From the NCBI RefSeq assembly GCF_009914755.1, contig NC_060934.1: a stretch of 64,000 nt of DNA; one strand, given 5' to 3'. The notes below the pieces were generated by a model. That model made no database searches. It worked only from the letters and a program-made list of their open reading frames with translations, and was not told where the DNA came from. This document shows positions 1 to 14,238 of this stretch, in pieces. Positions within the stretch are counted from its first letter, which is position 1; each line of letters begins with the position of its first letter. The position numbers and the translations under genes are program-made. This DNA is from the human T2T-CHM13v2.0 reference genome, Homo sapiens.

Positions 1-356
1 AGTTCTGAGCCTAGACTTCAAGAGATTTGCACATCCCTGCCTATCATTTTCTCAGAACCCTATTGCTTGCCACACAAGCAAGTTTGATGGAGGATGAAAG
101 ACACATGGCCCAGTCACCCCTAAACTTCCCAGTCCCCACTGACATCCGTCCAACTCCCAGAAGCAGAGCCATCTAGCTGGCCTGCAGCTGAGTGAGCTGA
201 GCACATGAGGGAGCTCAGCAGAGACCTATGACCTGCCCAGCTGAGGCCATCTCAACCATTTTCAACCATTGGATCATTAAATAAATGGTTATTCTGGTAA
301 GCCACTAAGTTTAGAGTAGTTTCATATGCAGTATTATTTGCAGCAATACATAGTGA
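1..356 (+). mobile_element. MaLR LTR 3' part (MLT1H/MLT1G-like), truncated by the window start
   Basis: Typical MLT1 3' end: ctgcccagctgagg...aataaatggttattc...taagccactaagtttagagtagtt...gcagcaata. Confidence 0.7.
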
Positions 357-696
357 TTTGCCTTCAGCCAGGATCATACTCCTCTTTGCTTAACTCTGCT
401 TGACCCTTATAGGGCAGCTACAGATTTAGAAATGGTTCACTATAACAGATCAGAAACAATTACTTCATTGAAATCTCTCACTTGTTCACATACTAAACGC
501 CGAGCATCTACTAGGCTGTCAGTATTGTGCTAGACTCAAGGTGAAGATATGCAAAAGAGACAGTCCCACCACAGGAGATTAGCGATTACAAGCCAGAGAA
601 ACATGCCTGCATGCTGGGTCTATCAAACTCATTATTCTTTTTTTTCCAGGTTGACTTTGTTAACCTACATTTTTCCAAATCAGTTCATTTCTCTCT

Positions 697-1442
<746 letters not shown>

Positions 1443-1710
1443 TCTCTGAACTAATAACAATTAATCTCTCCTCTAAGAAGAGCTAAAGAAAAATGGAGTC
1501 AACTCCCAGTGAACCATGACAAAATTCAGGTAGCATTAGACAAAGATGCCAGTCAAAGAAAGAAGTGACCAGGGCATGGAATAAGAGTGCTTATGCTAAC
1601 AATTGCTAAGATACAGTTACATAGCTTGAGAGCAGGTATTTTGAGAAGCCACAGAATTCAACTGTTAAAAAAGAACCAGATTCATCAAGTGCAATTATCA
1701 AGCATTTGTC

Positions 1711-1912
1711 CTTTGTATTTTTTATTTATTTAATTCTTTTTAGAGATGGGGGTCCCACTATGTTGCCCAGGTTAGACAGCAGTGACTATTCATAGGTGCG
1801 ATTATGAAGGTCTCTTAGGATTGATCGCTGAATCCTCAAACTCCCGGATGGCTCAAACCATCCTCCTGCCTCAGCCTCCTAAGAAGCTGGGATGACATGC
1901 ATGTGCCACGGG
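1711..1912 (-). mobile_element. FAM (fossil Alu monomer, 7SL-derived)
   Basis: Reverse strand reads ...gagtttgagg...atcgcacctatgaatagtcactgc...ctgggcaacatagtgggacccccatctct plus an A-rich tail; the gaatagYcactg segment is FAM/7SL-type. Confidence 0.75.
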
Positions 1913-2321
1913 CTTATATTTTTTAATGTTATATTCTTTATATTTTTTAATGTTTAAAAATATGGCGTCCAGGTGCTCTTTCCACATTGGAGACATTGAG
2001 CCAAGAGACAGGCTGTTAGTCTTAGCCAATTGCCATTAACTGTCTTTCCCTCAATCAGGAAAATAGATTTTATAAACTATCCTTAGAGAGCATGGCCCCT
2101 CAAGACTGGGGTTTTCCATGCCCAAGAGATGCTTTATATGTGAAACAAGAGCAAATAACAGAAGTATGAGGTGTTCTTTGCTCTTTATATCTTTATCTAG
2201 ATTAAGAGAATATTCATGGGATTGTCCTCACAAATATTTCTCTTGGTAAACCCAGAAAATCCACCTGATGGTGCCCCAAATGTCATCCCAGTTGTTCAAT
2301 TCCTATAAAAGAGAGTAGTCA

Positions 2322-2663
<342 letters not shown>

Positions 2664-3922
2664 TCACGGCACAGGAGCAGTAGCCAGGTCATGTCCACAG
2701 AGCTTGATCTTGGACAGATCTATTTTGTCATCCTTCCTAAGTCAGGATGGCTCATTAGTACTATACCAATGCTGAAATAACTAATGACTGGTAGTTATCC
2801 ACTCATCTGTCAAGGGCTGAAGAAACAATGCAAGTGTAGATGGATAGTTCAAGCTATTTTGAGGAGAAACTAAAAAGGACACAGCTTCAAAACCCACCTG
2901 ACTGATGTCTGTCTCTCAGTTGCAAGCCTTTTACTCACCTCCTTTTTAAGTAATTAATCTGTGACCTGGCAAAAGAAGAAAGCCTCCCCTAATCCTTATC
3001 TATGCATGCCCCTAAGACAGACACCCAGGAAGAATTTGGAGACAAACCTAACCCCTTCTGCAGCCCTTCAGGGGTGCTTTCCAGGTCCCCTGGGAACAAG
3101 CAGGCCCCTGTCTATGTAGCACAGGATTGACCCTCAACACCCAAGCACTGCTGCTTCTCTCTTGGGAGCTCTGGGCAACCTGTGCACGCCAGGGCTCCCC
3201 CCAGGGAACTCCCACCAGGAAACTCATCCTTCTCCCACATTTCATCTTTTTCAGTCCTGGAAGAGCCTTCACTTCACCGTGATGGAGGAAGGTCTCTTTT
3301 TAAGCTAGTTACCTCTTTTCAAAAATTGCCTTTTTTTTTTTTTTTTTTTTTGCTTTGACAACTTTGTGCCTTTTATCGTTAAAAGTGCAGTATCATTTAA
3401 ATAAAGGTGAAGAGTGACATTTCTAAGAAAATGATTCCTGCTTGAGGACAGCACTACTAATTTTAAAAGGTTATTTGCTTCAAAGAACACCCTTTTAGCA
3501 CAGGATGTTAAAGGGTGTGAAACTTAGCGTGCCGACTGGCTATACACCAGCAATGTTCCTTTGGTTCTGAGACCTCAAAGAGAATCCTACGTGCAGAAGC
3601 AACTCAGCTGCACCACCAGCCCTCCCACCCCAGTGCTGCTGACAGCAAGGCGACAAGCCAAGGTCACCTGCTTAGTGAGCAAAACTGGATGTTCTCACTT
3701 TCCAAGTACCACTGAAAGAAAGCAGTCTTTTTATCTTTGTTAAGAACACCCTTTCCTCACAGGTGTTCTCCACTTCTGGCCCCACTTGAAAACAGGCCAA
3801 TCCCAGGAGCCTTGATGGAGGAGCTGAGGTCCACTGAACTTGTGAACCCTCTGGACATTCAGTCGCCACAAGAGGCCAAGGAGACCTTTTCATTATAGCC
3901 TGTATTAGAATATCATGGTAGA

Positions 3923-4262
<340 letters not shown>

Positions 4263-5939
4263 TCAAACTCCAAAATAAGCTGGCTAGTGCCCATTTCACT
4301 GGCAGACTGAATTAAGTACCTTCCATATGCTTTGGCCTCTGGAACTGCAGCCAAATGGCAAACACCATTCCATAGGAAAGAAGATCACCTTGGCTAGGAG
4401 ACAAGAATGTAGGATATTAGCGTTTCGTGGCAGAGTATTTTTTACTTTTATACTTAGTCAAAACCAATATCGTTATATTAAATAGCCAGTAGCTGGGAGT
4501 AACTAGAATGGACCTGCACGTTAAAAAAATAAACTATCAGTTACCAACCCTACTTTTATTGTTGCATATACTGCTTAGAGAAAATACTCTTGCTGGAGCT
4601 TGTCTGTTTTGTAGCCTATAAAACTCAGAAAGGATTAGGAGTAAAAGGGAATTAGAGGTTCTTTTTCCCACAGCCGAGGTACTTGCATTCTGAGAGAAGA
4701 ATCAGTCTGAAAATGCACTCCTGGGACATTCTTTAGCACTGCTCTATACCAATCAGGAAATTACTGTTGTCATCATACATATTGCCTCTGCTAACAAAAC
4801 CAGACTCCTTCATCTCATCTCTCTTCAATTTAACCTTGTGGTTCTGCTGGAGAGGCCAACATTAAGTCCAGATGTAATACTGGTGGTTGAGAAAATATAA
4901 TAAATGCTGTCTCCAGGACATACAAAATTAAAGTTGGTCCATCAAATTGAAGATCTGTATCTACACATTTTGAAAATTCATCATGATTCCCCCACTATTG
5001 AATAAGTGAAATCCTTTTAAATTTCCTGGAAAGAGCTTGACAAATGAAGATGTAGCAGGTGTATACCCATTTCCTTTAGAAATGGATGGTTTAGGGATAA
5101 AAATCATAATGCATTCTGTCAAAATCAATGCCGTGGATGCAGTTTAATCACAGTGCTAATAGTGAATGCCACATTACAAAGCTTGCCACTTTCTTGACAT
5201 TAAAAATGACTTGTTATCTGTCACATGGAAAAGGCTGACAATTTTAATCACATTGGGGAACATTCCATCTGCTGAGGACATCAGCTCCTTTCTTCAGATG
5301 CTCTTCCATGTGAAGATGCTACTTGAGAACCAATTATGACACTGGCAAATCAGAAGTCTTTTCAAGGCTGATCTCCAGTGTTGGAGAATGGCATGATGAA
5401 TGTCTCCAGAGATATCTAAATTCAGTCGCAGAGACCAAAGCCTTCACAGACTCTCAGACTCAGTTCCACGTATCAGTTTTAAAGCTCTGCTACACATCTT
5501 TTTTTAATTCCCACACATTGATTTGGTTGTAGCCCAGATTAAAATCAGACTGTCAGCTGGTTGCACATTCTCTCATACTCGAATACCAAGAGCATCTGTT
5601 ATCCACATTAGCTATCAGAAGCAAATATCACAAAATGAATAGACATTTCGTGTCTGCTACTGAGTTGAGCTATTACTCTGTGAAGTTTATACATTCTCCA
5701 CATTTATGTCTCCTTCTCTGAGAGGATTAGAACCAGTAATCCCTGAGACCTCTTTCTATTCTAAGATTATGTGCTTAAGAATTAACAGTAAAACAAGTAA
5801 TATATATCGAAAGACTTAATGATTCAACCTCAAAATATTTGGAAATTTATTTAAAGTGCCCTGAGTTGAATAACAAGTTCCAGACTTTTTTCACCATGAA
5901 GGAAATGTCCATTTTTTGATGGAAGTAACACCAAGGAAA

Positions 5940-6120
5940 GCAGAGCATAGAAGGAGAGAGACCAGTTACAATAGCATTATACAAGCACCTGGATGGAGCC
6001 ATTACTGAAATAGGTGTGTTCCTTGACCTTTCAGCTATGTAAGCCAATAAATTTCCTTTTATGCCTAAGCATGTTTATGTTAAGTTTCTAGTCACTCAAA
6101 ACCAGGTGATTCCTGCCTAA
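5940..6120 (+). mobile_element. MLT1J/K-like MaLR LTR 3' fragment
   Basis: cacctggatggagccattactgaa...cttgacctttcagctatgtaagccaataaatttcctttt. Confidence 0.55.
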
Positions 6121-6814
6121 TGACAGGCAGAATGGGGAATTTTGGGGGCCCTGAAGCATGTTCATTATTTTAGCTTTTCTCTGTCCCAGATATAATAATA
6201 ACTTCAACCTCAGAAATTTGATCTTTAAAAGAGGAAATGAACTTTGTGACAACCTTGTCAGGTTGAAATCTGCATTTTTATGGATTAGTCTGTAATCTAG
6301 TGGGAAAATAATCTGTGTAGGCTCTACTAAAGGAAAAAGAAAAATGTAAAAGAAGAGTAAGAGTTAAATATAGGGATGAACTACTTAGTGCATAACCACA
6401 TATCCCAGAAGCCCTGGGATGGGTACCCAGCGGCACTGGCCAAGACCACCACATCTGTGTCCTGGAAGCTGGAAGGGCGATTGGGCAGAGTAGTCAAGGG
6501 TGATGGAGGCAGAAAACAAGGGCACCCCACATCTAAGAAACTGCTGAGTGACCAACCTGGGAATGAGACCAGGCTAGAATCAGAACAAAATTTAATTCAG
6601 AGAGACTGAGGCAAGAAGTCCAGTAATAATAACCAAACAGGACTGGATGTTCACACCTCACTGGAGGCAGGTTCCAGCGGCTTTGTACATGGGCGTCAGC
6701 CAAGCAAAAGAGCTCCAGGTGGATGAAAGGCATCACATCTTTAGGTTTAGGAGAGAGAAGAAAGAGAAAAAAGGGGACTAGATGAGGAAAAAAAAGAAGA
6801 CGACTACAAAGGTA

Positions 6815-6894
6815 TTAGGTTGGTGCAAATGTAATGGCAGGTTTTGCCATTATTTTCAATGACAAAATCCACGATTACATTTGCGCCAACCTAA
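6815..6894. mobile_element. MADE1 (Hsmar1-derived 80-bp MITE)
   Basis: ttaggttggtgcaaa...tttgcgccaacctaa inverted repeats, 80 bp, TA TSD on both sides. Confidence 0.95.
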
Positions 6895-7505
6895 TAATAT
6901 AAAGAAAGCATTGCTATTTCAACCTTCCTCAATTCTCTGACTTTACAAATATCGCCTTCCTCCTACTCTCTACAGAGTGAAGAAAAGCAAGATATGTTCG
7001 CATTTTTAAGGAATGAAAAAGGAACAAAAGCTAAGTGACTGTCTCAGGCCACATGAGAACCTCTGAGTAGAAATGGGGAGGAGTGCTTTGGCACAGACAG
7101 CTCGGGAAATGTAGCATCTTCTAAATAGCATTGCCCAGGCTGTCAGAGATCCTATTGCTTCTAAGTGCGTGTGAGAGAAGATGGCAGAATTAAATCTATA
7201 ATGCCCAGATTCACTTTTCTAAGAAATGGAATAACAATGTGAGAGAATGCTTTGTAAGTGGAAATAATGGCATGAAATTGAGAAAGGAACAAATGCAAGT
7301 GAACTGGAAAATGCCACCCAGATCCTGACATGTATTCAATTGCCACAGGGTCTTTTCCAAAGGAATTGCAGGTGCAGCCCCACTCCAGCTGTCTGAGCTC
7401 AGACAGGACAAAGAAAGGAGGCCACACATTGTCAAGAGCATCCTATGGCTCTGGCCACTGATTCAGCCTTTTCTCTCTTTCATGTAGCTGATTCTGAAAA
7501 TGCAC

Positions 7506-8995
7506 TTTTTAAAAATTATACTTTAAGTTCTGCGATACACGTTGCGGGAAGTCAGGGAACCCGAATGGAGGGGCCGGCTGAAGCCACAGCAGAAGAACAT
7601 AAATTCTGAAGATTTCTTGGACATTTACACTTCCCCAATCAATATTCTTATAATTTCCTGTGCCTGTCTTTTCTTTAATCTCTTAATCCCATCATCTTCG
7701 TAAGCTGAGGATGTATGTCACCTCAGGACCCTGTGATGATTGCATTAACTGCGCAAATTGTTCCTAAAGCATGTGTGTCTGAACAATATGAAATCTGGGC
7801 ACCTTGAAAAAAGAACAGGATAACAGCAATGCTCAGGGAACAAGGGAGATGACCATTAGGTCTGACTGCCTGGGAGCCAGGCACGACAGAGTCATATTTC
7901 TCTTACTGCCGAAAACCGGTAACAGAAACATTGCTGAATTCTTTCCCCAGGAAGGAATATTAATAATTAACAGCCCAGGGAAAAGAATGCATTCCCAGAG
8001 GGAGGCCTCTAAAATGGCTGCTCTGGGAGTGTCTGCCTTATGTGGTTGTGGATAGGGATGAAACACGCCCTGGTGTCCTGCAGTGCCCCCAGGCTTGCTA
8101 GGATTAGGAAATTCCAGCCTGAGAATTCTAATCAGACCGGTTCTCTGCTCTTGAACCCTGTTTCCTGTTAAGATGTTTATCAATGACAATGCGTGCACAG
8201 TGGGACATGAAACTTCATCAGCAATTCTAGTTTTGCCCTGCCCTTGTGACCTTGCCCTACCCATTTGCCTTGTGATATTCTATTGCCCTTGAAGCATGTG
8301 ATCTCCGTGACCCACACCCTATTCGTACACTCCCTCCCCTTTGAAAATCGCTAATAAATACTTGCTGGTTTTACAGCTCAGGGGGCATCACGGAACCTGC
8401 TGACATGTGATGTCTCCCCCGGACACCCAGCTTTAAAATTTCTCTCTTTTGTATTCTTTCCCTTTATTTCTCAGACCGGCCAATGCTTAGAGAAAATAGA
8501 AAAGAACCTATGTTGAAATACTGGGGGCTGGTTCCCCCGATAGATACATGTGCAGAACATGCAGTTTTGTTACATAGGTATACATGTGCCATGGTGGTTT
8601 GTTGCACCCATCAACCCGTCATCTACATTAGGTATTTCTCCTAATGCTATCCCTCCCCAAACCCCCAACGTCCTGACTAGCCCCAGTGTGTGATGTTCCC
8701 CTGTGCCCATGTGTTCTCATTGTTCAACTCCCACTTATGTGAGAACATGTGGCATTTGGTTTATTTGGTTTTCTGTTCCTGTGTTAGTTTGCTGAGAATG
8801 ATGGTTTGCAGCTTCATCCATGTCCCTGCAAAGGACATGAACTCATCCTTTTTTATGGCTGCATGGTATTCCATGGTATAGATGTGCCACATTTTCTTTA
8901 TCCAGTCTTATCATTGATGGGCATTTGGGTTGGTTCCAAATCTTTGCTATTGTGAACAGTGCTGCAATAAACATATGTGTGCATGTGTCTTTATA
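7506..8995 (-). mobile_element. L1PA (L1PA7/8-like) 3' end fragment, interrupted by MER11
   Basis: ttatactttaagttctg..gataca|tgtgcagaacatgcag...cacccatcaacccgtcatctacattaggtatttctcctaatgctatccctcc...gcaaaggacatgaactcatcc. Confidence 0.93.
7540..8542 (+). mobile_element. MER11 solo LTR (HERV-K11/HML-8, ERVK)
   Basis: Starts (t>c)gttgcgggaagtcaggga and ends gttcccccgata; ~1 kb; aataaa near 8353; 6-bp TSD gataca at 7534-7539 and 8543-8548. Confidence 0.93.
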
Positions 8996-9719
8996 ATAAA
9001 GTTCACAACTTTAAATTTTTTATCATTCCTGCCATCAGAAATACATTAACAAAATAAAGAGAAATGCACATAGAAATGGATTCTAGGTTCCAAAGCAGCT
9101 CTCTGCTGCAGGGCTCATGGAAGGAAGATCCACAGAGACCTGGAGTTAAAATATATCAAATGTAGCTGGAACTCTCAGAGGAAGAAATAGCCAGTTTCAG
9201 AGAAAGAGGGATTTTATGTATGGCAGACTTTAACATGCTTAGTAAATGCTCCCCAAAGTAGCAAATCTCCAAACCAAAATGTGAATTTCAGTTAAAGCAG
9301 AGAGTTGCTAGAGATACTGTTGGAAACCTCTATCGGCCCTTTCATTTAATATCCAGGAGGAGGAGGAAGAATAGAAACACACAAACACCATGATCTTGGC
9401 AGGTGGATAAAGACCTCTCATCATAATTTGCTCCAGGATAAGTTAAAGAAAAAATCGTGATTTCAACACCCTCATATTCATTGTATTGCTAAGGATAGAA
9501 CCTCAACAGATGGCTTTTGTGCCTAGCCAAAATAAACACCTCAGCAAAGTTTCTTTAGACCTACAAAGGGAGGTTGGGAGCCTAACATGACATCAAGATT
9601 CAAAATTTAATTGCTCTACATAACAAAGTAACAAGAATTTTGAGTCTTCTGTTGGTGCATAGGAGAGTAAGGGATCGGGGAACCCAAGAATGAACAAAAG
9701 AGAAATATAAGTGAAAGTA

Positions 9720-9793
9720 TCAGGTTGGTGCAAAAGTAATTGTGGTTTTTGCCAATTCAATGACCAACTGTAATTACTTTTGCACCAACCTTA
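9720..9793. mobile_element. MADE1, internally shortened
   Basis: aggttggtgcaaaagtaattg...taattacttttgcaccaacct with TA flanks. Confidence 0.92.
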
Positions 9794-9804
9794 TAATTCT
9801 AGAG

Positions 9805-10021
9805 CAGTAGTTCTCAGCCCAGGGCAGTTTTCCCCCTGGGACATTTGGTAATACCTGGAGACATTGTCTGTTGGTTATCACAATTAGGGGGAGGATGCTA
9901 CTGGCATCTAGCGGGCAGAAGCCAGGGATGCTGCTAAACATCTACAGTGCACAGGACAGCCCCCCACAACAAATATTTATCCTGTCCAAAATGTGAATAG
10001 GGTCATGATTAAGAAACCCTG
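9805..10021 (+). mobile_element. MER20 (hAT-Charlie MITE)
   Basis: cagtagttctca...gggacatttgg...ctggcatctag...gatgctgctaaacat...aagaaaccctg; 8-bp TSD ttctagag/ctctagag. Confidence 0.9.
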
Positions 10022-11217
10022 CTCTAGAGGGACAGAAAGAGGAACCTGTCAATGTCTGAAAAGTCACAGATTAAATAGACCACCAGAGAGAAGTTCCCAG
10101 TGAGTAGGGAAGGACTGGGAAATATTAATGATGCCACCTATGAAATTTTAAGCGTTTTATATGCTTAGAAGTACCAAGATCTCTTTCCATTCCCCTAAGT
10201 TAAAGTCTGCTATGCAACAGAATTAGTAGTGATGCTTTGGAGAATGAAGGAAGAGGGGCTGCCTCTGTCAAGGAGCAGAGAAATAGGATGACTAGGTACA
10301 ATGGCAGAGACCAAAGGTGATGTTTGAACAAAAACAGAGAGGGTGGTGGCAGGGCAGACTGGTCTGTCCTTATTGCAGCAATCTCCCCAAATTATTGGGA
10401 TAGTACAGAAGATCTCCCAGTATGTGGCAGGAGACTTAGGGAGATGGTGGCACAGGTAAGGATATCCCAAAGTAATAAACTTACTTGCTGCTTGATTAAA
10501 GTAAGTAGAATTGCATTTATACCCAAAGTTGGCCAGAGCCCAGGCCATGGTTCTTGTATGTACAGCATCTTCCATTCATCTCTGTACTCCAGAATCTAGT
10601 ATACCATTTGTGCATGTAATGCACCCTCACATCTTGTAGGCTGGATTTTTCGCTCTGACTTGCAATCATGGTAATTTATTTCAGTTGATAATTGTTTTGT
10701 TACATTTGCATTCTAAGTAGAAAGAAAATATCATACTTAAAATCAACCAAAGACATGAGAACCCCAGACAGAGGAACAGACAGCTCTATTCTCCACCCTC
10801 ACAAAACCTATAGCAAAGTTTTCAAAGATCCTCATAAGCCAGACATGACACTTGGCACTTTTAATTGGCAGAGGACTATGATACACATATAATTCTTCCC
10901 ATTTTAGTGATGAGAAAACTGAGGCTTGAAAAGAAAGTGACTTCCTGGAGTCACACAGATTGAAAATGTTTGAGCCAGGCCTGGAACCCTTTAAGTATTG
11001 AGGGATAAGTTACAGTGGAAATACTATAGAGAATAGAACAGAAATGGGTACCAAGCACACAAATATATTTTCAATATTATTAGTTCAAGTAAATGTGAAT
11101 TAAAACACAGTAACTTTTAAAAATCTATTAGCAGAAGTAAGGAGAAGTGAGGGTTAAGTGAGTATAAATTGAAACATACTTTCAGGAAAGCTATTTAGCA
11201 ACAAACATAAAGAAAGC

Positions 11218-11455
11218 TATGTTCTCACTTGTAAGTGGGAGCTAAATGATGAGAACACATGGACACACAGAGGGGAACAACACACACTAGGGTCTATCAG
11301 AGGGTAGAGGGTGGGAGGAGCGAAAGAATCAGAAAATATAACTAATGAGTACTAGGCTTAATATCTGGGTGATGAAATAATCTTTACAACAAAGCCCCAT
11401 GGCTTTACCTATGTAACAAACTGGCATGTGTACCCCTGAACTTAAAATAAAAGTT
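11218..11455 (+). mobile_element. Old L1PA (L1PA13-16-like) 3' end within L1M relics (~11040-11900)
   Basis: atgttctcacttgtaagtgggagctaaatgatgagaacacatggacac...gtacccctgaacttaaaataaaagtt. Confidence 0.85.
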
Positions 11456-12407
11456 TTTACAAAAGAATGCTAGTAATATTCCTACCATTTGACCAAGTAA
11501 TTCCATTTCTAGAAACCCGCTGTAAAGAAATAACACATATGGGGGCACAGATTTATGCACAAATGTTTACTATGGGTGATTTATTACAGCAAATAATAAA
11601 AAGAAGCTGTCTGAATATCACTATTAGGGAAACTAATGAATAAATGTTCAAATATGCATAAAATGGAACTGTATGTAACACTAAAAATTGTTTTACCAAA
11701 TACTTAATAGTATGTGAAAAACACTTGAAATATCAGAATAGAAGATCCTATACAATGGTTATCTTTGCAATGGTACCAGCTTTTTAAAAATATCTAAGAA
11801 AATGTAGAAATAAAATATGCCAAAATATTAGCATGATATTTTTTTCTTTTAAATACCTTTCTGTATTTTTCCAATTTTCTCCAAAATCCATACTTCACCT
11901 TTATAATCATCAACAAAATGAGGTGGGGTGGAGAAAGACCTAGATGTTGCAGTAAGCTGCAAAAAGAATTTTATCAATGATGATTGGGTTGAGTGATAGA
12001 AGAGAGAAATAAAACACTCCTTTGTTGAAGGCCTTCATTTTGCAAAACAACACTATAATACTTTCCAAGCCCAGCATTACCTGTGAGGTACCAGAGATGC
12101 ACAAAGACTCACCGTGCTTCCACTGAGAGTGAGCTCAGGAGGGACTGAAAGGAATGCAAAGCCCTGAGGAAGGAGCAAAACTCTCCAATACGAGTGAAGT
12201 CAGGTGGGTTAACAAAGGCAGATGCCAGGCTGATATTGGAGAGTTTTAAAAATTCTTAAAGAAGGTCATTGTAGCCCTTAGAAGGACCAGTTATGGCAAT
12301 CTCTGGCTATTTTAATAAAGTAGTAGTCCCTTGACATTTATGTAATAAAGTTCTCCCTAGTACTATACAATGCAAGGAGGCAACTCCACAACAAGCCAAC
12401 CCTTGAG

Positions 12408-12629
12408 ACAGAAGTCAGCTGCTTTTTCTATAAAGGTACAGATGGTAAGTATTTAGGCTTCATGGGCCATAGAGTCTCTGTTGTGGCTACTCAATTCTAC
12501 CATTGCAGGGAAAAAGCAGCAATAGACGATAGGTAAATAAATTAGCTTGGTTGCATTCCATTAAAATTTTATTAACAAACCCAGGCATTGGGCTGGTTTA
12601 GTCTACTGGCCATAGTTTGCTGACCCCTT
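12408..12629 (+). mobile_element. MER58A (hAT MITE)
   Basis: ttctataaagg..cagatggtaagtatttaggctt...ctactcaattct...ccatagtttgctgacccct. Confidence 0.85.
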
Positions 12630-13157
12630 AGGGACATCAAACATGAGTAGCTTTCTTTAAACATTTCCTATCAATCATGACTCCTGGTACGAAGGAGCTA
12701 GCATTTGAATTTGGTTAATTATGTGACTATTTGGAGAAGATGCTGACTGGAACCCAAGTAGACTAGAAAATGTGCTATTTGCGGAACTGAATGGACGTTA
12801 AGCCTAGTGCTAAATCCTCCTTAGGGTACTACAAATCTAGTGGGTGACCCAAGTTGGTGGACCTGAAGCAGCAGACATAAGTGATATGAAGTTTATCGCT
12901 GACCTTAGTAGAGGTGATCTCCATGGATGGATGGAGAGAGAAGGCAGAGAACAGGCATCCAGGAGGGGAAGATGTGGAGACAGACAGCTGCACATTCTTG
13001 GAATGGGGTTAACTGTTGAAACTTTTAGAATGAAACTCCAAAATCAAGGCAATGTTTTGATTGGTCACATATCATTCACTTTATTTCTCACCCAGAAAAA
13101 AATTTAAATGCCCAACAACATTGAACTTTATCTGATTCCCATGATCCTGGAAAACAG

Positions 13158-13711
13158 TGAAGGTTAAGAAACGCCCACATGCTTCGTATTCCAGAAAAGA
13201 GCTTACTGAAAAAAACCACTCTTCCCATAGGATTTAGATAAGACTCACGGACGCCCTGCCTCCTTGTTTACCTATGACAAGGCCAGGCAAAAAGCCTCCA
13301 AATTTCTATTTTTTGCCTCATAAGTGATTTGCTCAACTGCTTGTCCCCATTGAACAACTAGAGCAAATGCTTGTTTAATCAAATTTTGGTTATGCTTCTC
13401 TCTCCCTCATCTAGGGCCACCCTCAGCCTGCATCAACACACAGACAGCCCCTCCTGAGAACAGTCTGGCCTTGCAGTGAAACATTCTCTGAACTACCATC
13501 TGATTACACTATACGTTCAATCCACTTCCCCACACCTCGTCTTCTCTAGCCTTGTTTATTCCTCTGTTTAAGAGAAAAACACTTTTGGCCTAGCCCTTGA
13601 GACATTTGCGGATCCTACGGTTACCATGTCCTCCCTGTTGCAATTGTTCCCTTTGCTCTTGCAATAATCTTGAATAAATCTCTCCCTACCAAGTCTGGAT
13701 TGTTATTTGAC
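13158..13711 (+). mobile_element. ERV1 MER4-group-like solo LTR (subfamily uncertain)
   Basis: TG...CA ends; ctccctgttgcaat...ttgaataaatctctcc...ttatttgaca is a typical R/U5 end. Confidence 0.55.
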
Positions 13712-13729
13712 AGGCCCTAGATGACATGA

Positions 13730-14220
13730 TTCCTGCTACCTCTCTTCCTCTTTCTTTCACATCTGCCCTCTCTCCACCCCGGCCATACTATTCTCTTCAC
13801 TATCCCTTCAACTCCAAGCACATTTCCATTCCAAGGTCTTTGCATTCATGCAGAGCTTTATCTGAGTTTCACCTCTGCATACATCAAAGCTTGCTTTACA
13901 TCAAGCTTTACCTGAAGCTTCTATAACCTTAAAACTACCTGAGTTACTCCTGCACTCCCTTCTAGGGCTTGCTCACATGGTAGCCTTCCAGAGAGGCCGT
14001 CCTTGAGAGCTCTCTATAAAATAGCAATCCCGTCTCTTACCTCTCCCCCTATGCCTCTCTGCAGTTTACCTTTCTTCATTGTACCTATCACCACCTGACA
14101 CGTACTTGTTTATGGTCTGTCTCTCAACACTGAAGATGTAAACTCCATATACCCAGAAACTTTGCCTTTTTTGTTTACTGATGTCGGTACCTTTAGTGCC
14201 TACAACCTTGCTTCAGATGG
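13730..14220 (+). mobile_element. L2 3' fragment
   Basis: ccttccagagaggcc.tcctt...tataaaatagc...ttgtttactgatgt...agtgcct. Confidence 0.6.
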
Positions 14221-14238
14221 GACAAAGTAAACTTTTGA

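Noticed and set aside
7804-8264. 143-aa and 83-aa ORFs
   Set aside because: They lie wholly within the MER11 LTR and show no gag/pol/env features.
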